Source of the DNA: a virus
Lineage: Duplodnaviria; Caudoviricetes
DNA length: 60,849 nucleotides
Reading direction: 5' to 3' (one strand)
Virus record (IMG/VR): IMGVR_UViG_3300042452_000489
Location: 1 to 60,849 of that record
Below, piece by piece: positions 17,119-26,868 of this stretch. The notes beneath the pieces were generated by a model, which saw only the letters and a program-made list of their open reading frames with translations, searched no databases and was not told the origin of the DNA. The position numbers and the translations under genes were made by a program. Within the stretch, counting starts at the first letter, position 1, and each line of letters opens with the position of its first letter.

Positions 17119-18375
17119 TCAACCCGCCATGCGGGAGTTCTGTTCCTGATCCGCCATCGCGTGCAGGCGATTGATCTCGGCGATGATTCGCTGACGCTCC
17201 GCTGCGGTGACCGTGCCTTCGCTGGACATCATGTTGAGCTGCGCCATCAAAGCCCGAGCCCGACTGCGATAGTCGCTGCCGCGGTTGGCATCGGCCATGG
17301 CACTCGCCTGTGCGCGGATGGCACTGGTCTGACGGTTCTGCTGATCCACCGGCATGATGCCCGGCTGGCTACCAGTACGCCGGCCCTCGGCGGCTTTCTG
17401 GTACAGGGCATCCGCCTCGCGAGACAGCGCCGCGGACTCCGGAGTGATCCGGCCTTCACGCAGCTGGATCTCGTTGGCCTGCCGGATCCGCTCGCGAGCC
17501 ATGGCGGCGTAGTCGATGACCTCATCCTCGGCGGTCCCCACGGACGGGACAGGGCGGGACTCGTCAGCCAAGTCGGCAGTAGACTCCCCATCCTCGCCGA
17601 GGACGTCGATCTCACTGTCACCAAGGTTCCGTGCAGCCATCGCCGCAGCGCCGCCAAGAGCCGCAGCCCCCATGGCGGGATACATCCAGCTGCGACTCTG
17701 ACGACCGGGGGGGGCGGGGATGCCGGCCCGTCCACCACCACCGAGCTTGGGCTGGATGGTGAACTCGGCGTCGATGATGCCGTCGTCAAACGCACCAAGG
17801 CCACGCTCCTGACCGGCCAGCTGCCGCCAGCCTTCAGAAGCGCCGGGGGGAACCGACAGTCCGCGCTCGCCGCCGGCAGACAGCCCGCGCGACTCAGCCA
17901 TGGCAAGAGGGCCACCGCCGCTGGGGATCATGCCGCCCCGACGAACGCCTGGGCCTCCAACTCCGCCGACCGCCGAGCCTGGGCCACGCACGCCACCGAC
18001 AGGGACACCACCACCGCGGACGCCAAACGGAATCATGCCGCGAGTGTCCTCGCCCATGGGGAGTTCCATCTGGCGAGCGGGCCGTGCCCCCATGCCAAGA
18101 ACGTCAGCGTACTCAGGCTCCATGACAGCCGCAGCATTGGGCCCGCCCCGGCGCGTCATAGCCTCGCCCTTGCTGACGATCATCCGATAGGCGTCGAAGA
18201 TCGCCTCGTTATCGCCGTTTGCGATACGCGCCGCCAGATCGGGGTTGATGCGAGTCAGGCTATCCATGTTGGCGCCAACCAGCTTCAAGACCTGCCCGGG
18301 GATGGCCGGGTTGGCTCCGCTTGCCGGTCGCGTAAGCTGGCGAATGAAGTCCCCATACTTTTCGGCACTAGCCAT
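17119..18375 (-). CDS. Putative internal virion protein
   Basis: Gly-rich, hydrophobic MGAAALGGAAAMAA segment, helical C-terminus. Confidence 0.6.
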   Translation of the reverse strand: MASAEKYGDFIRQLTRPASGANPAIPGQVLKLVGANMDSLTRINPDLAARIANGDNEAIFDAYRMIVSKGEAMTRRGGPNAAAVMEPEYADVLGMGARPARQMELPMGEDTRGMIPFGVRGGGVPVGGVRGPGSAVGGVGGPGVRRGGMIPSGGGPLAMAESRGLSAGGERGLSVPPGASEGWRQLAGQERGLGAFDDGIIDAEFTIQPKLGGGGRAGIPAPPGRQSRSWMYPAMGAAALGGAAAMAARNLGDSEIDVLGEDGESTADLADESRPVPSVGTAEDEVIDYAAMARERIRQANEIQLREGRITPESAALSREADALYQKAAEGRRTGSQPGIMPVDQQNRQTSAIRAQASAMADANRGSDYRSRARALMAQLNMMSSEGTVTAAERQRIIAEINRLHAMADQEQNSRMAG

Positions 18376-18631
18376 TCTTCTTCCCCTTCTTCGGGACGTC
18401 GGCCAAGCCCTCACGCGGCATGTCGTCTTCGGTCACTTCGGGCGCGTTTGGCTTGCCGTGCATCTCCTCGTCCAGGTCGGCGAGGTCGTTCTTCTCGGGC
18501 TTGTTGAGCTGCGAGAGCAGCTTCTTCTCCTCGGCCTCGCTGGCACTGAGGAGGCGCTTCACAAACTTCTTCATCCCATCGCGGGTGAAGCCGTCAAGCA
18601 TTTCGTCCAGCTCAAAATCGATACGTGCCAT
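18368..18631 (-). CDS. Small charged protein
   Basis: MARIDFELDE..., 87 aa, coupled to neighbours. Confidence 0.65.
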   Translation of the reverse strand: MARIDFELDEMLDGFTRDGMKKFVKRLLSASEAEEKKLLSQLNKPEKNDLADLDEEMHGKPNAPEVTEDDMPREGLADVPKKGKKNG

Positions 18632-19076
18632 TGTATTTCCCGAAGGAGTTTCCGAGGTTCCCCGCGTTGCCAAGCAGGCCCCCGAGAGCATTGCCTTGGA
18701 ACTGCATGATGTTCTGGTTCCGCTGCAGTGCCGCCAGCGCGTTCGCGTAGTCGTTCTGCATTGCGATGTTGGAGACACCCTGCCCGAAGTTCTCTTGGTT
18801 GGACTGATACTGCAGAGTGTTCGCGGCGTCAGTGGCGGCGTCGTCGGCCTGCCCCCGATATGCCTGCGCCACGCCCTCGGCAAGTTTCTGCGCCGCCTGA
18901 ATGCCAGCGATGCCAGCGGTCCCGCGACCACGCGAGACACCGCTGCGATCCATGGGCTTCATATTGAACCGCGGATCAGCGGCGGCTTGGGCCTGCGCGA
19001 GGGCGTTGTTGAACGCGCCCTGCGAATTCGGGACCAACTGCGGAGCGTAGGTGGTGGTGTCGGTGTTGTAGAACAT
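18612..19076 (-). CDS. Gln/Ala/Asn-rich putative ejection protein
   Basis: Composition and position. Confidence 0.6.
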   Translation of the reverse strand: MFYNTDTTTYAPQLVPNSQGAFNNALAQAQAAADPRFNMKPMDRSGVSRGRGTAGIAGIQAAQKLAEGVAQAYRGQADDAATDAANTLQYQSNQENFGQGVSNIAMQNDYANALAALQRNQNIMQFQGNALGGLLGNAGNLGNSFGKYNGTYRF

Positions 19077-19078
19077 GC

Positions 19079-19459
19079 CTAATAGATATTGGCCAGCAGG
19101 CCGTTCAGGCCGCCCGCCGCCTGCCCGAGGTAGTTGAGACGCATGGACTGCTGCTGGTTAGCGAGCGAGTTGGCGTTCTGCTGGGCCTGCGACATTTGCT
19201 GCAGGCCAGCCAAGGCCGCTGACTGCTGGGCACGCTGGGCGTTGGCGAGGTACTCGTTGTTGGCGGCAGCCGCGGCACGCTCATAGTCCACGCCCGAAGC
19301 CATGGCGCGGGCGCGGTACACATCGCCGGCCGAGCCGGGGTACTGAAGAGCCGCACCATGAGAGGCAAGCCCCGCCAGTGCCTGCTGCTGCATGGGTGCC
19401 GTGATCGGCGGGTTGTTGGCGATGCCAGTGTCGTAGCTGATCATCTGCGGTTGTACCAA
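19079..19459 (-). CDS. Gln/Ala-rich putative ejection protein
   Basis: Composition resembles the next gene; both end in GGL(L/N)G-like segments. Confidence 0.6.
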   Translation of the reverse strand: MVQPQMISYDTGIANNPPITAPMQQQALAGLASHGAALQYPGSAGDVYRARAMASGVDYERAAAAANNEYLANAQRAQQSAALAGLQQMSQAQQNANSLANQQQSMRLNYLGQAAGGLNGLLANIY

Positions 19460-21954
19460 GCCTTGTTGAGGCGATCTATCGACGCATTCCCAGACGGCGT
19501 GTAGGGGTTGTCCTTAATCCACTGCTCGCGGTTCTTTTTTTCCCGCTCGCGGGACTCACGCATCATTTCTGCTTGACTCTTGCCTTCTGCATTATTGCGA
19601 CCCATGGCCGCAGCATTTGCTTGGGCGGCCAGTTGCTGGCGTTGCGCGGGGGTCACAACCCCGGTGCGGTCCATGATGCTGTCTGCCTGCTTCTGCGCGT
19701 TGCCGATTGCCTTGCTGTTCTCAGAGCCGAAGCTGCGGTATGAATCGCGCATCTGCGAGCCGAGCGAACCAATCGCACCAGCACCCTGCGACAACGCCGC
19801 ATCCAAGCGCCCAGCACCGTCACGCGGGATGTTGGCGTAGAACTGATTCATCCCACGGTTGAGCTGCCCGTAGGAGCCGGCCATGGTGTCGCGAACCGAC
19901 CCCAAGCCAGCGTTGATCCAGCTGGACAGGAGGTTGTTGTTTGCCGCCATGGAGCCGTCGATCTGCCGGCGAGCGTCTAGGCCCGACTGCATCAAGTAGC
20001 CTGCGATTGGCGACGAGGCGACGGAGTCTTGGAGCCCTCGCAGTGCGTCGTAGCCTTGGTTCATGGATGCCGTGATGCCAGAGGAAGACCTGTCGTAGTC
20101 GCGACCAAGGCCGGTGAAGGTGTTGTCCAGCATGCCGCGTAGTGCGTTGGCCTGATTGGCCGTGGATCGCAAGGAGCCGAAGGCGTTTGAGCCGTCGCGG
20201 CCAATCCCACGCATGGCCGTGTTCATCATGCCGGGGATGTTCGCAGCAGCGCTCAACCCGCTGTTCATGTTGCCGAAGGCCGACGACCCGGCGCCGGCAA
20301 TGTTGCGACCACCCGCGTCAAACATTCCGGTAAGGCTGCCGAGCTGATCCGACAGGGCGCCGATGCGATACGCGGCCTGATCGCCTGCGCCGTCGATGAT
20401 CCCGCTGCCAGCGCTTCCGTACCCGCCGATGGCCCCAATCGCAGAGCCAGTGCTTCCGCGAATCCCGTCGCCGCCCATGTCGCCAGTTCGGCCGAGGCCG
20501 CTCAAAACGCTGGCGTCAGCCGCGCTCATTTGGCCCGCGCCAAACGGCGACTGGCCGGGGAAAGGCGTGAGAGACTGCGGGCTTTCGTACCACGCGGGCG
20601 GCCCGGCAGGCGCACCACCACCACCGACTCCACCGGCACCACCAAGGCCACCACCGGCCCCGCCACCACCAAAGCTGCCGGATGCGTAGCCGAGCGGCGA
20701 GCCGCCAGCCGTCATGCTGACACCACCACTGCCGCCGCCTGCACCGCCGCCTCCAAACCCACCACCGCCGAATGCGTTGCCAGCCACGCCGATTTGACCA
20801 AGGCCAAGCTCGCGGGCCAAGCCAAGTCTGGCCATGTCAGACTGGTAGCTCGCGCCGGTGTTGTAGCCACCGAGGTCGGTGTTCGCCAGCGAGGCGAGGA
20901 GACTTCCCCTGGCGGACTGGGATGAGGCGCCGTACTGACCTTGGGCATTGCCGAGCGTCCCGTACATCCCGCCAAGCGCAGCGTTGGCAGAGCCGCCGAG
21001 GTTGCTTGCGGCGCCACCGAGCGCACCGTACATGCCGGCCCCAGCGTTGGCGATGTTCCCGCCAAGGGTCGCGGCAGACTGCCCGAGCGAGCCAGCGGCC
21101 TGACCGTAGGCATTGCCGAGCGACCCGGCCATGTTGCCGTAGGCGGCGGCGAGATTGCCGCCAAGCGAAGCGTTGGCTGCGTTGTAGCTGTTGAGCGCAG
21201 AGCCATAGGCCGAGCCCATGGCCCCAGCGGTGTTGCCACGGGCCGTTGCCAGCCCGGTGCCCAGCGCCCCGGCAGAGTTGGCGAGACTGCCAAGCACACT
21301 GCCGTAGGCCGTGCCGAGAGAGCCCGCGGCGTTGGCCCTGGCGTTTGCAGTTCCGGTCCCGAGCTGGGAGAAGGCATTGGCACCGGCGCCGCCGAGAGAC
21401 GCTGCGGCACCGCCGAGGTTCGCCAACGCCGAGTTGCGGCTGGCCCCGTACGCCCCCATAGCGCCTTGGTTGGCGGCCTGCATGTCGGCCATGGCGCGAT
21501 AGGCGGCAGACTGGTTCTGGGCCTGGGCACCGAATGCCCCGCCCATCATCTGGCCCATGGCACTCATGCCGGCGGTGCCAAGGTTCGCCAATCCAAGCTG
21601 ACGAGCGGCCTCCGTCTGCCCCATGGTGGCAGTCTGGTTGGAGTACAGGTTCTGGAGGTTGTTGCCGTAGGCGTTGTACAGGTTGGAGAGCGACGAGCCG
21701 ATTCCGGCCATGCCGGCCGAGTAGGCGCCGAGAGCGCTCGCCCCCGAGCCGGCAAACGAGCCGTACATGTTGGCCGGCTGGTTGTACAGATTCCCTATCG
21801 CCTGCTGCCGGGCGGCGCCGACCTGCCCCTGCGCCGTCGCGTTTGCGGCCCCGATCTGCCCTTGGGCCTGCCGGTCGGCCCGGTGCGCCGCTACGGCCGC
21901 AGCCTGAGAAACCGGATTGCCGTGAAAGGTGTAGTTGTTCGGGCGCGAAAGCAT
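19441..21954 (-). CDS. Gly/Ala-rich DNA pilot / ejection-tube-like protein
   Basis: 837 aa with 11-residue periodic repeats; GGAG RBS. Confidence 0.65.
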   Translation of the reverse strand: MLSRPNNYTFHGNPVSQAAAVAAHRADRQAQGQIGAANATAQGQVGAARQQAIGNLYNQPANMYGSFAGSGASALGAYSAGMAGIGSSLSNLYNAYGNNLQNLYSNQTATMGQTEAARQLGLANLGTAGMSAMGQMMGGAFGAQAQNQSAAYRAMADMQAANQGAMGAYGASRNSALANLGGAAASLGGAGANAFSQLGTGTANARANAAGSLGTAYGSVLGSLANSAGALGTGLATARGNTAGAMGSAYGSALNSYNAANASLGGNLAAAYGNMAGSLGNAYGQAAGSLGQSAATLGGNIANAGAGMYGALGGAASNLGGSANAALGGMYGTLGNAQGQYGASSQSARGSLLASLANTDLGGYNTGASYQSDMARLGLARELGLGQIGVAGNAFGGGGFGGGGAGGGSGGVSMTAGGSPLGYASGSFGGGGAGGGLGGAGGVGGGGAPAGPPAWYESPQSLTPFPGQSPFGAGQMSAADASVLSGLGRTGDMGGDGIRGSTGSAIGAIGGYGSAGSGIIDGAGDQAAYRIGALSDQLGSLTGMFDAGGRNIAGAGSSAFGNMNSGLSAAANIPGMMNTAMRGIGRDGSNAFGSLRSTANQANALRGMLDNTFTGLGRDYDRSSSGITASMNQGYDALRGLQDSVASSPIAGYLMQSGLDARRQIDGSMAANNNLLSSWINAGLGSVRDTMAGSYGQLNRGMNQFYANIPRDGAGRLDAALSQGAGAIGSLGSQMRDSYRSFGSENSKAIGNAQKQADSIMDRTGVVTPAQRQQLAAQANAAAMGRNNAEGKSQAEMMRESREREKKNREQWIKDNPYTPSGNASIDRLNKAWYNRR

Positions 21955-21958
21955 GGTT

Positions 21959-21979
21959 GTCTCCTACTGACTAATGCCC
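21959..21979 (-). promoter_or_regulatory. Candidate late promoter plus RBS
   Basis: GGGCATTAGTCAGTAGGAGAC; 20/21 identical to 31443-31463. Confidence 0.65.
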
Positions 21980-21980
21980 G

Positions 21981-23018
21981 TCAGGGGGCCTGCAGCGTCA
22001 CAACGCCAGCAGGCGTAAAGTCGGCCGCCACATCCACGGTTCCGTCGTCATCAAGCGCGCAGGTGTCGGCGTTAAACTTCTTTTTGGGCACTTTTACCGT
22101 GATTTTGCCGGGCGTGCCGGTGAAGCCGGCCCGGGGGAGGGGCGCCACGGGAGGGCCGCCCGGGAGGCCGCCGTTTATTATGTTGATGACCGTGTTCTGC
22201 ACGTAGGTCGCCAGATTGACGGTGTTGTCGTTGTTGGTGATGAAAACCTTTTCTTCGGTGAGGTAGGTGCCCCCCTCGTTGATGACGTCGCCTTGATTCA
22301 CCACGTTCGACAGGTTGGTGACATCGCCTTGGTTCACCACGTTCTCAAAGTAGCTGTCGCCCTCAAAGTTGTTGTGCGTGTTGTTGTAGAGGTTCTGCGT
22401 CGTCTCTAGCGTCGTCGAAAAATCGTTGTAGCTGCTGTCGGTGTACTGATTGTTGTACCACTCAGTCACGTTGTTGTTGTTGACGTTGTTGTTGTTGACG
22501 CTGGTGTAGTCGTTGTAGGTCTGGTAGTCGTTGTTGTTAAAGAGGTTGAAGTTCTGAGAGTTGTTGAACGTGTTGTTGGTGAGGTACTCATCCCCGTAGA
22601 ACGTGTCCCCGCCGAAGTAGTTTGCCGTGTTGCCACCTTGGTTGGTGGTGTTGTTGCTGATGTTCTGCGTGAAGTAGTTGTTGTTGGTGTATGGATTGTT
22701 GTAGTTGTTGACGTTCCACACGTTCCGCGGGTAGCTGTTGATGTTGTTGTTGGTGTCCCCGTACAGGTACTGCCAGAGATTCTGATTGGTGATGTCGTTG
22801 ATGTCGTAGGTGTTGGTGACGTTTCCCAGCCCTGGAGGGGTAGTGATCACGCCTCCCGGTGGCGGGCGTCTGCCGGCCCCCGAGTTGATTGCTACGGGGC
22901 CGTTGGTGCGCAGGCCCTGAATGCAGTTGGCGAACACCTGCAGGAGCGCTTGGTTCTGCTGCGCCCCAGGCGTCATCGACAGGGCGCTAGAGAGCTGGTT
23001 CGCCTGCTGGGTAAACAT
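21981..23018 (-). CDS. Asn-rich low-complexity protein, probable virion or tail component
   Basis: About 200-aa N/Y/T-rich core; tandem NVVNQGDV with a 36-nt period at 22283-22344. Confidence 0.7.
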   Translation of the reverse strand: MFTQQANQLSSALSMTPGAQQNQALLQVFANCIQGLRTNGPVAINSGAGRRPPPGGVITTPPGLGNVTNTYDINDITNQNLWQYLYGDTNNNINSYPRNVWNVNNYNNPYTNNNYFTQNISNNTTNQGGNTANYFGGDTFYGDEYLTNNTFNNSQNFNLFNNNDYQTYNDYTSVNNNNVNNNNVTEWYNNQYTDSSYNDFSTTLETTQNLYNNTHNNFEGDSYFENVVNQGDVTNLSNVVNQGDVINEGGTYLTEEKVFITNNDNTVNLATYVQNTVINIINGGLPGGPPVAPLPRAGFTGTPGKITVKVPKKKFNADTCALDDDGTVDVAADFTPAGVVTLQAP

Positions 23019-25375
23019 CAGGCCGTCACCCCGCCGACCGTAATGCCGTGCAGGACAACGGCGGCAGCGGCCTGAGATCCAGAAATATCAACGGCCAAAT
23101 GCCGGTCGCCACCTGCCGAGCGGTCATTGGCTCGGCCCGAGTAGCGGGCGGTGGTGTAGCCGTTGGAGTCGCCCAGAGCTGATCGCGCAGCCCGCATGTC
23201 AATGACGACACCACCGCTGGTCGCGACAGCACCTTCACCACGGTCGGACTGGACGGCATTCGCACGCGCCGTGGCCGAGTTGTTGTAGTGGACGTTGAGT
23301 GTCAAGGACGCCGTGGAGGCTGTCGGCTGGTAGAGGACTCCAATCTGCCTCGTCGGCTCGTCAATGATCGCCAAAGGTCCGGTACGGAACTGGTATGGAA
23401 CCGCAGCCGTCGATCCACTGACCGAGTCCACAAGGCCCGTGTTGGGCTTGAGGAGACTTCCAGACGCACCGCCGGCCACCAGCGACTGCTTGCCGCCCAG
23501 CCTGATCACCGTCGCGGCTCCAATCCCTTGAGCGTATGTCTCCTCCCACCACGCTTTCGTAGCCAAGGAATAGCACAACGCCCGCGGGGGAATGGAGCCA
23601 TCCGAGGACTTGCAGTAGTGGAATCGGATGACCCTCGCGGTGGGGTCGGCTTGGACAAAGAAGTTCACGGACTTGGAGAAGTCGATGATCCCGTCACGCC
23701 AGTAGTTGTCCACTGCCACCGACAGGGGCTCAATGGACGAGCCGTCGAAGGCGTACATCCCGAAGGAATCGACGCAGTAGATCCCGCCCTCAAACGTCGT
23801 CCAGCACCGCTTGTGCAGCAGGCCGCGATACCCGGCCAGGGTGACGGCCGCATCAATGACCGGCTGGGCGACATAGGTCAGGCGATACATGTGCCGCTCT
23901 TGGGCAACGATCAGCATGGCCCCGTAGGGCATCAGCCCAACGACCCGATCCTGCGAACCCGTGTTGTTCTGGAGGATGATCTCGTTGATGTCTGGGACGG
24001 ATTCCGCCTCGTCAATCTCCGAGAACATCAGCGTGTTCGGTCGCGTCCCATTGGTGTTGACGCCGTACCACGCCCGGTCCTGAAACCAACAGGCGTCTTC
24101 CATGTCCGTGGGTGGCGTGCCGAATCGATAGGCGTTGAGCTGCCCTGACGGCAGCGTGATCGGAAGGATGCCAAACCCGGGCCGGCTGGGGTCGATCAGC
24201 GTGGCCTCGTCCATGGAGTCTTCGTAGGACGTCGGCAGAACGCCGCCGGTCTTCTCCAAAAGAGCGATGCGATACAGGACGACCGCTTGGTTGGCGCTTG
24301 TTCGCCACAACTCCACGGCCTCGGCGCGGGTGTCCGCGGCGGCGTTTTCCCAGCGCCAGCCAATCGTCGCCACACCCGTGCTGGCTTCGACTGTCACCAG
24401 TTCCGAAAGGTTGCTGGGCACCGGCCCGCCATCCTCAATAGCAGTGGCGTCCAGGTATCTCAGCCCGCAACGGTAAGAGCCCTTGATCGGGGCGCGAATC
24501 AAGACCTCGGCCCTGGCGGTGGTGCCATCTACGGACGCCGTGGGCGCAACTGCATAGGCGCCGCGAGAGGTGATCACAGGGTTCGTCGGAGCGCCCGAGG
24601 AGTTGGCCGTGCAGTAGGCCGCAGCACCAGAACCGCTGATGGACGAGAACTGCACCGGGACGATACCTGCGTAGCCTGTCCCTCCAGACACCGTAATCGC
24701 GGTGACGGCGTAGGACATCACGCACTTGGCGGTGGCGTTGGTTCCTCCGCTGACGGCATAGATAGTCGCCGACGCAGTGGTCGTAGCCCCGCTCCCAGGA
24801 TTCACAACCCGAATCCCGCTCACGCGGCCTGCCGTGATGTCCACCTCGGCGATGGCATCGGTTACGCCTGAGAATGCAATGGTGGCGCCGTTGGTGTACC
24901 CAGAACCTGACGCCGTGGGTATCACAGCACCAAGACTGCCATCGACTCCGACAGTGACGGTGGCGCCTGATCCTCGGCCACCCGAGAACGAAATCTGCGG
25001 GCGGCCTGTGTAGGACACCCCGGCCTTGGTCACAATGACGCCGGCCACGCCACCGTTCTTCAACCGCGCCAAACCCTGCGCGTGCCCGGTGTGACCGTCT
25101 GTCAGGCCGCCTCCAGAAAACGTCACCACGGGCGGCTGGAAGTATCCACTTCCTTGGGCAACGACCTGGACGGCGGCGACGATGTTGGCAGTGGCAGCGG
25201 TGACAACCGTGGTTAACGCCGTGGTGGGAGCCCGCATCCCGATGTACTCGGCGTTGCCAGAGCCACCCCAACGGATTCCTCGCCCGCCGCCGTTCACGCC
25301 ATAGATGTACTTGTACGGCCCCTTAAAGAAGGAAACTTTGGTAGACCCAGTGAGCGTGGCGCCGCCGATGTTCAT
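23018..25375 (-). CDS. Tail nozzle / tubular-B-like protein with GSGY repeats
   Basis: 785 aa from the ATG at 25375; propeller-like segments (FQDRAWYG, LMFSEIDEAE); follows the adaptor gene. Confidence 0.65.
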   Translation of the reverse strand: MNIGGATLTGSTKVSFFKGPYKYIYGVNGGGRGIRWGGSGNAEYIGMRAPTTALTTVVTAATANIVAAVQVVAQGSGYFQPPVVTFSGGGLTDGHTGHAQGLARLKNGGVAGVIVTKAGVSYTGRPQISFSGGRGSGATVTVGVDGSLGAVIPTASGSGYTNGATIAFSGVTDAIAEVDITAGRVSGIRVVNPGSGATTTASATIYAVSGGTNATAKCVMSYAVTAITVSGGTGYAGIVPVQFSSISGSGAAAYCTANSSGAPTNPVITSRGAYAVAPTASVDGTTARAEVLIRAPIKGSYRCGLRYLDATAIEDGGPVPSNLSELVTVEASTGVATIGWRWENAAADTRAEAVELWRTSANQAVVLYRIALLEKTGGVLPTSYEDSMDEATLIDPSRPGFGILPITLPSGQLNAYRFGTPPTDMEDACWFQDRAWYGVNTNGTRPNTLMFSEIDEAESVPDINEIILQNNTGSQDRVVGLMPYGAMLIVAQERHMYRLTYVAQPVIDAAVTLAGYRGLLHKRCWTTFEGGIYCVDSFGMYAFDGSSIEPLSVAVDNYWRDGIIDFSKSVNFFVQADPTARVIRFHYCKSSDGSIPPRALCYSLATKAWWEETYAQGIGAATVIRLGGKQSLVAGGASGSLLKPNTGLVDSVSGSTAAVPYQFRTGPLAIIDEPTRQIGVLYQPTASTASLTLNVHYNNSATARANAVQSDRGEGAVATSGGVVIDMRAARSALGDSNGYTTARYSGRANDRSAGGDRHLAVDISGSQAAAAVVLHGITVGGVTA

Positions 25376-25641
25376 GTCGGGCCCTTCGCATAGAAGAGGG
25401 CGCCGGATGCGTTCTGGTAGATCACAGTCTCCAGCGTGCCGCTCTGGAATCGCTGAAGCGTAGTGATGGGCACCGTCGTCCCAGTGTGGGTCGTCCAAGA
25501 CATGGACGTCACGCCTCCGCGCACCGTCAGCTGGCCGGGGTTGATGCACTGCACGTTCACTTGCGTGACTGCAGCCCCGGGAGGAATGGCGTACGGGCTG
25601 ACGTTGGTAGCCAGCCCGGCCCACTTGCTGATGATGATCAT
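25372..25641 (-). CDS. Small tail protein resembling a detached nozzle N-terminus
   Basis: KWAGLATNVSPYAIPPGAA...N...GQLTVRGG; ATGA coupling on both sides. Confidence 0.6.
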   Translation of the reverse strand: MIIISKWAGLATNVSPYAIPPGAAVTQVNVQCINPGQLTVRGGVTSMSWTTHTGTTVPITTLQRFQSGTLETVIYQNASGALFYAKGPT

Positions 25642-26783
25642 CCTCTGTCCACCTTCAGGGGCGACCGCCACCCGCCGTCATGCCAGACCTGAGACGACCG
25701 TCCGGAAAGCGGTGCGAGCTGGTCCATCTCCATCGCGAGCCTGAGATCCCGCTGGTACATCGCAAACGCAGCGTCTGTCTTCTGTCCGCGAATTCTTGCC
25801 AAGAAGTAGTCGCAAGCGGAGTCCATGGCTCCGTACATGTGGGCCGGGATGTCGATTGGGTCAGTGATAATGGCGGCCGTGGCGGAGTACGTGGTCGGCG
25901 GGTCGCCCGCCAGCCCGGCCGCAAGCACTTGGCGGGCCCCTTGGACTGCCGTGATTTTCGCCTCCGCAACGTATGGCGACATGGATTCGATGGGGCCCGG
26001 GTACGCGGATCCGGTGCCAAGCCTGACGATGGAGCCGTTCGCGTTAACCGGCACGGCAGGGTTGGGCGCAGACCAAGTGGCCACGCTGTCTTCGTTTACT
26101 GACGCGCTGGAAATCCGCACGCCCGTCTCATGACCGCTCCATCGAATCGGCCGAGCCGTTCGGCGGTACGTGAAGTCAATCGTCTCCACAGCGGACGGGT
26201 AGCCGATCAACTTGATGGCCCATCCCGTGGAGTCCGGATCCTTGATGACCGTCCAGTGGTAGGGCTCTCCGGAGGAGTTGTTAACCCGCTCCACCTTCAT
26301 CGCCTCGTCCGGCGTGAGGTACATGCCAGACCACCAGTTGTATTCGTCTGATGGCTCGTCCATGTTTCGGAAGTCGGACGGCAGCGGGTAGACGGTGCGA
26401 TACAGCGTGTATGGTGCGCCAGTGACGTTGGCCTTGAGGGACAGTGTGGGATCCAAGACGACGACAGTATCACTGGTGCGCGAGGCCACCCGGCAAATCT
26501 CGTCGCCAATCTTGAGGTACGCGCCGGTGCCAGCCCATGCCGGCCACGTGCCGCCAGCGAGCGCGACAGATGTCCCTGACGATGTCACCGTTCCCGTGCT
26601 GTAGGGCGCCGAGGTGATCACCCGGCCATGCACGTGGTAGTAGGACCAGTCCCTGATCGTCGTCAGCTCGCTGTACGCCCGGTGTATGGCCGTGCGAATG
26701 TCCCGCTGCTCCGCGTCCTGGGGGCCGCCGTAGGACGAGGTGATCAGCGATTCAACGAGATCGAAGTAGGTCAGGTAGGCCAT
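25638..26783 (-). CDS. Head-tail adaptor / tail tubular-A-like protein
   Basis: Helical N-terminus, DWSY, YPLPSDF, DIPAHM; position before the nozzle. Confidence 0.65.
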   Translation of the reverse strand: MAYLTYFDLVESLITSSYGGPQDAEQRDIRTAIHRAYSELTTIRDWSYYHVHGRVITSAPYSTGTVTSSGTSVALAGGTWPAWAGTGAYLKIGDEICRVASRTSDTVVVLDPTLSLKANVTGAPYTLYRTVYPLPSDFRNMDEPSDEYNWWSGMYLTPDEAMKVERVNNSSGEPYHWTVIKDPDSTGWAIKLIGYPSAVETIDFTYRRTARPIRWSGHETGVRISSASVNEDSVATWSAPNPAVPVNANGSIVRLGTGSAYPGPIESMSPYVAEAKITAVQGARQVLAAGLAGDPPTTYSATAAIITDPIDIPAHMYGAMDSACDYFLARIRGQKTDAAFAMYQRDLRLAMEMDQLAPLSGRSSQVWHDGGWRSPLKVDRG

Positions 26784-26810
26784 GGAAATGGATCACAAAT
26801 AGGTCACGGG

Positions 26811-26827
26811 CCTACAGACAAGTGCCC
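26811..26827 (-). promoter_or_regulatory. Candidate late promoter
   Basis: GGGCACTTGTCTGTAGG, 14/17 match to the motif at 31447-31463. Confidence 0.55.
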
Positions 26828-26859
26828 CTTCAGGCCCGGGGAAGAGCCTGAAGGGGCAC
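26822..26859 (-). terminator. 14-bp perfect hairpin
   Basis: GTGCCCCTTCAGGC-N10-GCCTGAAGGGGCAC just after a stop codon; weak U tract. Confidence 0.55.
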
Positions 26860-26868
26860 CAAAACCGA

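Noticed and set aside
19441-21954. Tape-measure protein of a long-tailed phage
   Set aside because: No major tail, sheath, baseplate or tail-chaperone genes were recognised; the context is adaptor, nozzle, then ejection genes.
22200-22820. CRISPR array or microsatellite in the GTT-rich tract
   Set aside because: The repetitiveness comes from AAC (Asn) codons on the minus strand; there is no repeat-spacer structure.
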